Assembly (NCBI GenBank): GCA_036785375.1 | Contig: JAWMAR010001053.1 | Span: forward strand, 186,001-250,000 | Length of the DNA stretch: 64,000 nt | Reading direction: 5' to 3' | From: Leucoraja ocellata | Taxonomy: Eukaryota | In this document: one piece after another, positions 59,035 to 64,000 of the stretch | Position numbering within the stretch: the stretch's first letter is position 1 | Layout of the letters: every line of letters starts with the position of its first letter | The notes under the pieces: generated by a model | Told to the model about the DNA's origin: nothing | The model's input: the letters and a program-made list of their open reading frames with translations, nothing else | Database searches by the model: none | Position numbers and translations under genes: made by a program

Positions 59035-59809
59035 TTAGGAGTATCTTCAAAACATGAACTGTTGTGGTACATTGTCACTTTCTCAAGGACAATTAAAGGT
59101 GAGCATTAAATTGTATAAAGTTATGGCAGGGCAGACATGTATGCAATGCTTAATTTAAAATTACAGCCATCCCATTAAGAAACAATCAATGAAGTTTCTT
59201 ACCCCAGGCAAAATCATTTGGAATGTTTAAAGGTCATATGAGCATCACAGCTGAATATGCTGTAGTGTTACAGAATGGAAAGTAAATAAATATGTCTTGA
59301 TAATTCATGCAATCAACACATTTATTCTATTTGCTAAGTACTTCAGTTACAGGAAACAAGCCTGATTTCAGTTCATTCAGTTCTACATGGATTAAGACTC
59401 TGGCACGAGGCCATTTAAAGACTTATCTAAAGAAAGAACTCATGTGAGACTGCAAATTATTGAAGGATCATTTATGCCCATGGGTTGAAAAGATGAAGTT
59501 GTATAATGTTGGTTTATCTGGTGTGATGTTCTGATGCGGAGAAATTAATCTCTATGAAATGAAATATTGCAACATCATTCTTGCAATTTCTTGCGCGGTG
59601 AATTGTCACAAAAAAGGCAGTTTGTTACTTGGTGAGGTGTCTTCATAGAAAGACGAGTTTCATTATGATATTGAAAGGTGAAGCAGGCAAGAGTTTCATT
59701 ATAATATTGAAATGTGAAGCATTGGGAATCTATGTTCTGTTTTGTACTATACATAATGATATGTTTCTGCTCTTTGGGTACATTAACAATGTCAGAAGAA
59801 AAGTTGTTT

Positions 59810-60300
59810 AGAAAGGTTGTATAAGATATTGTGTTAAGTTCTGGGCACAATGTTGCAGGAAAGATGTTGTCAAGCTGGAAAGGGTGCAGAGAAGATTTAC
59901 GAGGATGATGCCAGGACTAGAGGCTCTCTAGGGAGAGGTTGAGTAGGCTGGGTCTCTATTCCTTGGAATGCCGGAGAATGAGGGGTGATCTTAGAGAGGT
60001 GTATAAAATTATAAGAGGAAATTGATCGGGTAGATGAACAGCATCTCTTGCCCAGAGTACGTGCATCGAGGACTAGAGGACATAGGTTTAAGGTGAAGGG
60101 GAAGAGATTTAATAGGAATCTAAAAGGTAACTTTTTCACCCAAAGGGTGGCGGGTGTATGGAACAAGCTGCCAGAGGAGGTAGTTGAGGCAGGGTCTATC
60201 CCAATAATTAAGAAACAGTTAGACAAGTACATGTTGGCCGGTGTGGCCAAGTTGGTGTGAAGGGCCTGTTTCCATGCTATTTCACTCTATGTTTTTATGA
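59810..60300 (+). mobile_element. CR1 3' fragment
   Basis: ORF 60048-60260 reads RTRGHRFKVKG...FFTQRVAGVWNKLP. Confidence 0.85.
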
Positions 60301-60419
60301 CTAAATAACTTATAACTAAATGACTTACACAACCAAAGCATTATCTCGATTTTCCTATTTAGGTATTTTGTTTTTTATCAGCTTTTTCTATTTTTATTTT
60401 AGAGATCCCATTGGTTCAC

Positions 60420-61015
60420 TTTGTCTTACCCTGACTATGCGACAAATATTTTGAACACAGTACTCCAAATTTGGCATGACCAACTTCTTGTACAACTGTA
60501 ACATAATATCCAAATTTCTATACTCTATACCCTAATTGATGAAAGCCAATGTACCAAAGGCCTTTTTGACCACCCTACCTGTGACACCACTTTCAGGGAA
60601 TTATGTACCTGTACTCCTAGATCCTTCTACTTTACAACATTCTAATGGGGCCTTCCATTTACCGCGAAGGTCTGGCCTGGTTTGACTACCCAAAAGGCAA
60701 CATCTTACAGATATCTGCATTAAGCTCCATCAGCCATTCCTCAGTCCACTTGCCCAGCTGATCAAGAGCCTATGGTAATTTGTGATAATCATCTTCACTA
60801 TCTACAAAACCACCCACTGTAATATCATCTACAACCTTACTGATCATGCTTTGTACATTATCATTCAAATCATTGATATAAACCACAAATACCAATGGGC
60901 CCAGCACCGATGAGTGTTTCTCGGATTGAAAGCCTGTTACTAGTTGTGTGCCTCAGGGATCAGTGATTGACCCATTGTTGTTTGTGGTTTATATCAATAA
61001 TTTGGATGAGAATGA
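60420..61015. mobile_element. CR1 RT fragment (minus strand, 60420-60910) abutting an oppositely oriented overlapping fragment (plus strand, 60911-61015)
   Basis: Both pieces include the PL.FVVYIN.L coding region, in opposite orientation. Confidence 0.7.
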
Positions 61016-61072
61016 ACAATCCACCACCCTTTGCTTCCTTTCATGAAGACAAATGGTTGTATGGGACGAGCT

Positions 61073-61272
61073 NNNNNNNNNNNNNNNNNNNNNNNNNNNN
61101 NNNNNNNNNNNNNNNNNNNNNNNNNNNNNNNNNNNNNNNNNNNNNNNNNNNNNNNNNNNNNNNNNNNNNNNNNNNNNNNNNNNNNNNNNNNNNNNNNNNN
61201 NNNNNNNNNNNNNNNNNNNNNNNNNNNNNNNNNNNNNNNNNNNNNNNNNNNNNNNNNNNNNNNNNNNNNNNN
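61073..61272. other. Assembly gap (200 N)
   Basis: Run of N. Confidence 1.
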
Positions 61273-61824
61273 TCCCTCCTCCAATCATCGCGCTGAATGA
61301 TCATGACTTTAAACTTTAAACTTTAAACTTTAAACTTTAAACTTAACACAAGGATAAAAACATACAGGATTTAACATCATTACACTCAGGGATGATCTGT
61401 GTCCATTTATCCAGTAAAACTCAGTAAAACATTGAGCTGTCCCTTCCTTCTCCTTGGAGCCATTTTACAATGCTCAAGGTCTCCAACAAAAAATTCTGGA
61501 AGTCCACGCACTTTATTTTTACCTGATCATGTGTTTTTCCAAAGTCGCTGCTTCACTTCTCTTGACTTCTCTTGATGCCAACCCGACGACAACCTACGAG
61601 AACACCTACATCAGGGGATGACAAGTTACGACAAGCCCACAGTCGCCGACTGACATCGAAAAGTTTTGAACATTTCAAAATCTAGCAGGACCAGAAAAAT
61701 ACTACGACTCTTTGGGTGACTGAGGAGACTACTCACAACCATACAGCCGACACCTCGGCGACCGTGTGGCGACTGCCTAGTCGCCGGCAGTTGCCTAAAA
61801 AATCACCTAAGTGGGACAGGACCT
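61273..61824. mobile_element. PIF/Harbinger-type non-autonomous element, truncated by the gap
   Basis: TIR agtcgccggcagttgcctaaaaaatcacctaagtgggacaggacct followed by TTA. Internal similarity to 1-140 in reverse orientation. Confidence 0.65.
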
Positions 61825-62314
61825 TTAGATGATCAAATTAGGAAATAAAAAGCATGACTGTGATTTTTTAAATCTTTTGAAGCATGAAATAGAGATTAGG
61901 ATGTGCATATGAGTACAAGGTAAACCAAGATGTCATACAACCAAACTTTAAAATACAAATTAGAGAATTTTTTTAATGCATGGAACTTTGAAAGGTATCT
62001 GAGGAACTTGCAGCCTGCAGATAAGACATAATTTCAACTGTTAGAGGGTCTTTCAAGCAGTTGAAAACCAAGTCCAATAGTTCAATGTGTACCAAGGTAC
62101 AGTAAAATACTTTTCTATCTCAGTCCATAGGACCTGATATTTTCGGAGATTCTTTACCTTAGGCCCAGTTCTGAAATAGTTGAAATATGGAAAAAAGATG
62201 CTCGAAACACTTAGCAATCAGGCAAGACCAGTGGAAAGAGAACCAGGGTTAATGTTTCTGTTTATATTTCAGATTTCCAGCACCTGCAAATTTTGATCGT
62301 TTCAACTGCTGCTG

Positions 62315-62910
62315 AAACATAACAACATAGAAAATAGATGTAGGAGTAGGCCATTCGGCCCTTCGAGCCAGCACCGCCATTCAATATGATCATGGCTGAT
62401 CATCCAAAATCAGAACCCCGTACCTGCTTGTTCCCCATATCCCTTGATTCCATTAGCCCTAAGACCTAAATCTAACTCTCTCTTGAAAATATCCAGCAAA
62501 TTGGCCTCCACTGACTTCTGTGGCAGAGAATTCCACAGATTCCACAACTCTCTGGGCAAAAAGGGTTTTCCTCATTCCAGTCCTAAATCTTATTCTTAAA
62601 CTGTGACCTCTGGTTCTGGACTCCCCCAACTTGGGGAACATTTTTACTGCAACTAGCCTGTCCAATCCCTTAAGAATTTTATAGGTTTCTATAAGATCCC
62701 CTCTCACCCTTCTAAATTCCAGTGAATACAAGCCCAGTCGACCCATTCTTTCATCATATTTTAGTCCAGCCATCCCAGTCATTAACCTGGTGAACCTACA
62801 CTGCACTCCCTCAATAGTAAGAATGTCCTTCCTCAAATTAGGAGAGCAAACTGCACACAATACTCCAGGTGTGGTTTCACCAGGACCCTGTACAACTGCA
62901 GTAGGGCCTC
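62315..62910 (-). mobile_element. CR1 3' fragment
   Basis: ORF 62459-62920 and a catagaaa tail. Confidence 0.9.
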
Positions 62911-63613
62911 CAAAACTCAAAAACTGAAATAGTTGCAGTTCTTCTGCATTAGGGAGAAGCAGCCGTAATCAGAAAATATAAAGTTCAAGATACAGTGGTC
63001 ATGAAAACCTATCATAAGTAAGCCACACGGCCATCAGTTTTTAAATTAAAAGATGGGCTGCATGAATAAACACCAATGACTGAAACGAGCTGGCTGCTGG
63101 TTCACAGCACAAGGCCACTGAACACTGAACAGATACAGTAGACTTTGGAAACTTACCAGACCATGAAAATATCTTGTATGCATTGGCCAAATGTAAAAGG
63201 CAATGGTGCAGTGTTAATCAACCTACGTCAAACCAGGCATCAGACATCTTCAGCTAAGATAGTTTGCACCTATATGACAGTGATCAAATATTGTTTCAGC
63301 CTGGCTATTTTGCCATTCAGCACAATAGACATGGTCTTCAGCATATTTTTTCTGTCAGCCAAAAATTTGGTTATTTGTGTAGCCGTAGGGTTGTCCTGCA
63401 ATACTGTGATTAAATAAGTTTATTTTGATTGTCTGGAGTTTTATGCTGAAAAGCGTTTGGACCATCCAGTGAATATGTCTCAACAAAAATATTTGAGGAT
63501 GTCAAAGGAGTCTTGTCAGCTAAAATCTGCTCCTTTCGTAAATATATAATTCTACAAAATGATTTGCCTACTACACCCAAAAATATTGAAATGAACCATG
63601 CATTTGAAACAAT

Positions 63614-63920
63614 TTAGTTTAGTTTAGAGATACAGCGCAGAAACGGGCCCTTTGGTTCACCCAGTCCACGCCGACCAGTGATCCCCGCACATTAACACTA
63701 TTCTACACACGAGGGACAATTTACAATTTTACAAAGCCAATTAACCTACAAACCTACATGTCTTTGGAATGTGGGGGGAAACCGGAGCTCCCGAGGGAAA
63801 CCCATGTAGGTCATGGGGAGAACATATAAACTCCGTACAAACAGCACCCATAGTCAGGATCGTACCCGGCACTCTGGAGCTGTAAGGCAGCAAATCTACG
63901 GCTGCACCACTGTGTTGCCC
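63614..63920 (-). mobile_element. HE1-type SINE, full length
   Basis: (tttag)n tail, conserved body and head ending ctgtgttgccc. Confidence 0.85.
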
Positions 63921-63949
63921 TAATCATTGAAACTGTATTTATTGAAACA

Positions 63950-64000
63950 AAGTACAAAGGCCAAAGGACATTTATTGTCACACACACACCGATTGGTGCC
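63950..64000 (-). mobile_element. 3' tail of a Rex1/Babar-type retroposon (continues beyond window)
   Basis: Minus strand reads gtgacaataaatgtcctttggcctttg. Confidence 0.45.

Noticed and set aside
56379-59721. Small tandem duplications (18 bp at 56379-56414; 36-bp period at 59655-59721)
   Set aside because: Ordinary slippage duplications.
60967-61319. ORFs spanning the N run
   Set aside because: Artefacts of translating through the assembly gap.

Overview
Vertebrate genomic DNA, most likely from a skate or ray. This is inferred from HER1-like CR1 LINEs with (TTTCTATG)n tails, HE1-type tRNA-derived SINEs and Penelope-derived repeats. I could not support any host protein-coding exon or RNA gene, so the window reads as intronic or intergenic, largely transposon-derived sequence with one 200-N assembly gap. 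Main contents: (1) a very young Gypsy/Mag-type LTR retrotransposon at 10023-14700 with identical 204-bp LTRs, a GGTG TSD and one frameshift, inside a multi-layer stack of nested CR1 and Rex1/Babar LINEs; (2) DIRS1-type tyrosine-recombinase retroelements: one degenerate full-length copy, one gag-only deletion derivative, and two extra 3'-end/ICR fragments; (3) Penelope-like element remnants plus many short, often palindromic, TSD-flanked derivatives that carry a minimal hammerhead-ribozyme core; (4) non-coding retroposons with conserved 3' hairpins and Rex1/Babar-type tails; (5) PIF/Harbinger MITEs, an old hAT element enlarged by nested insertions, RTE fragments and an uninterrupted L2 ORF fragment. 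Family assignments come from motifs recognised by eye; no database search was run, and boundaries of degenerate repeats are approximate.
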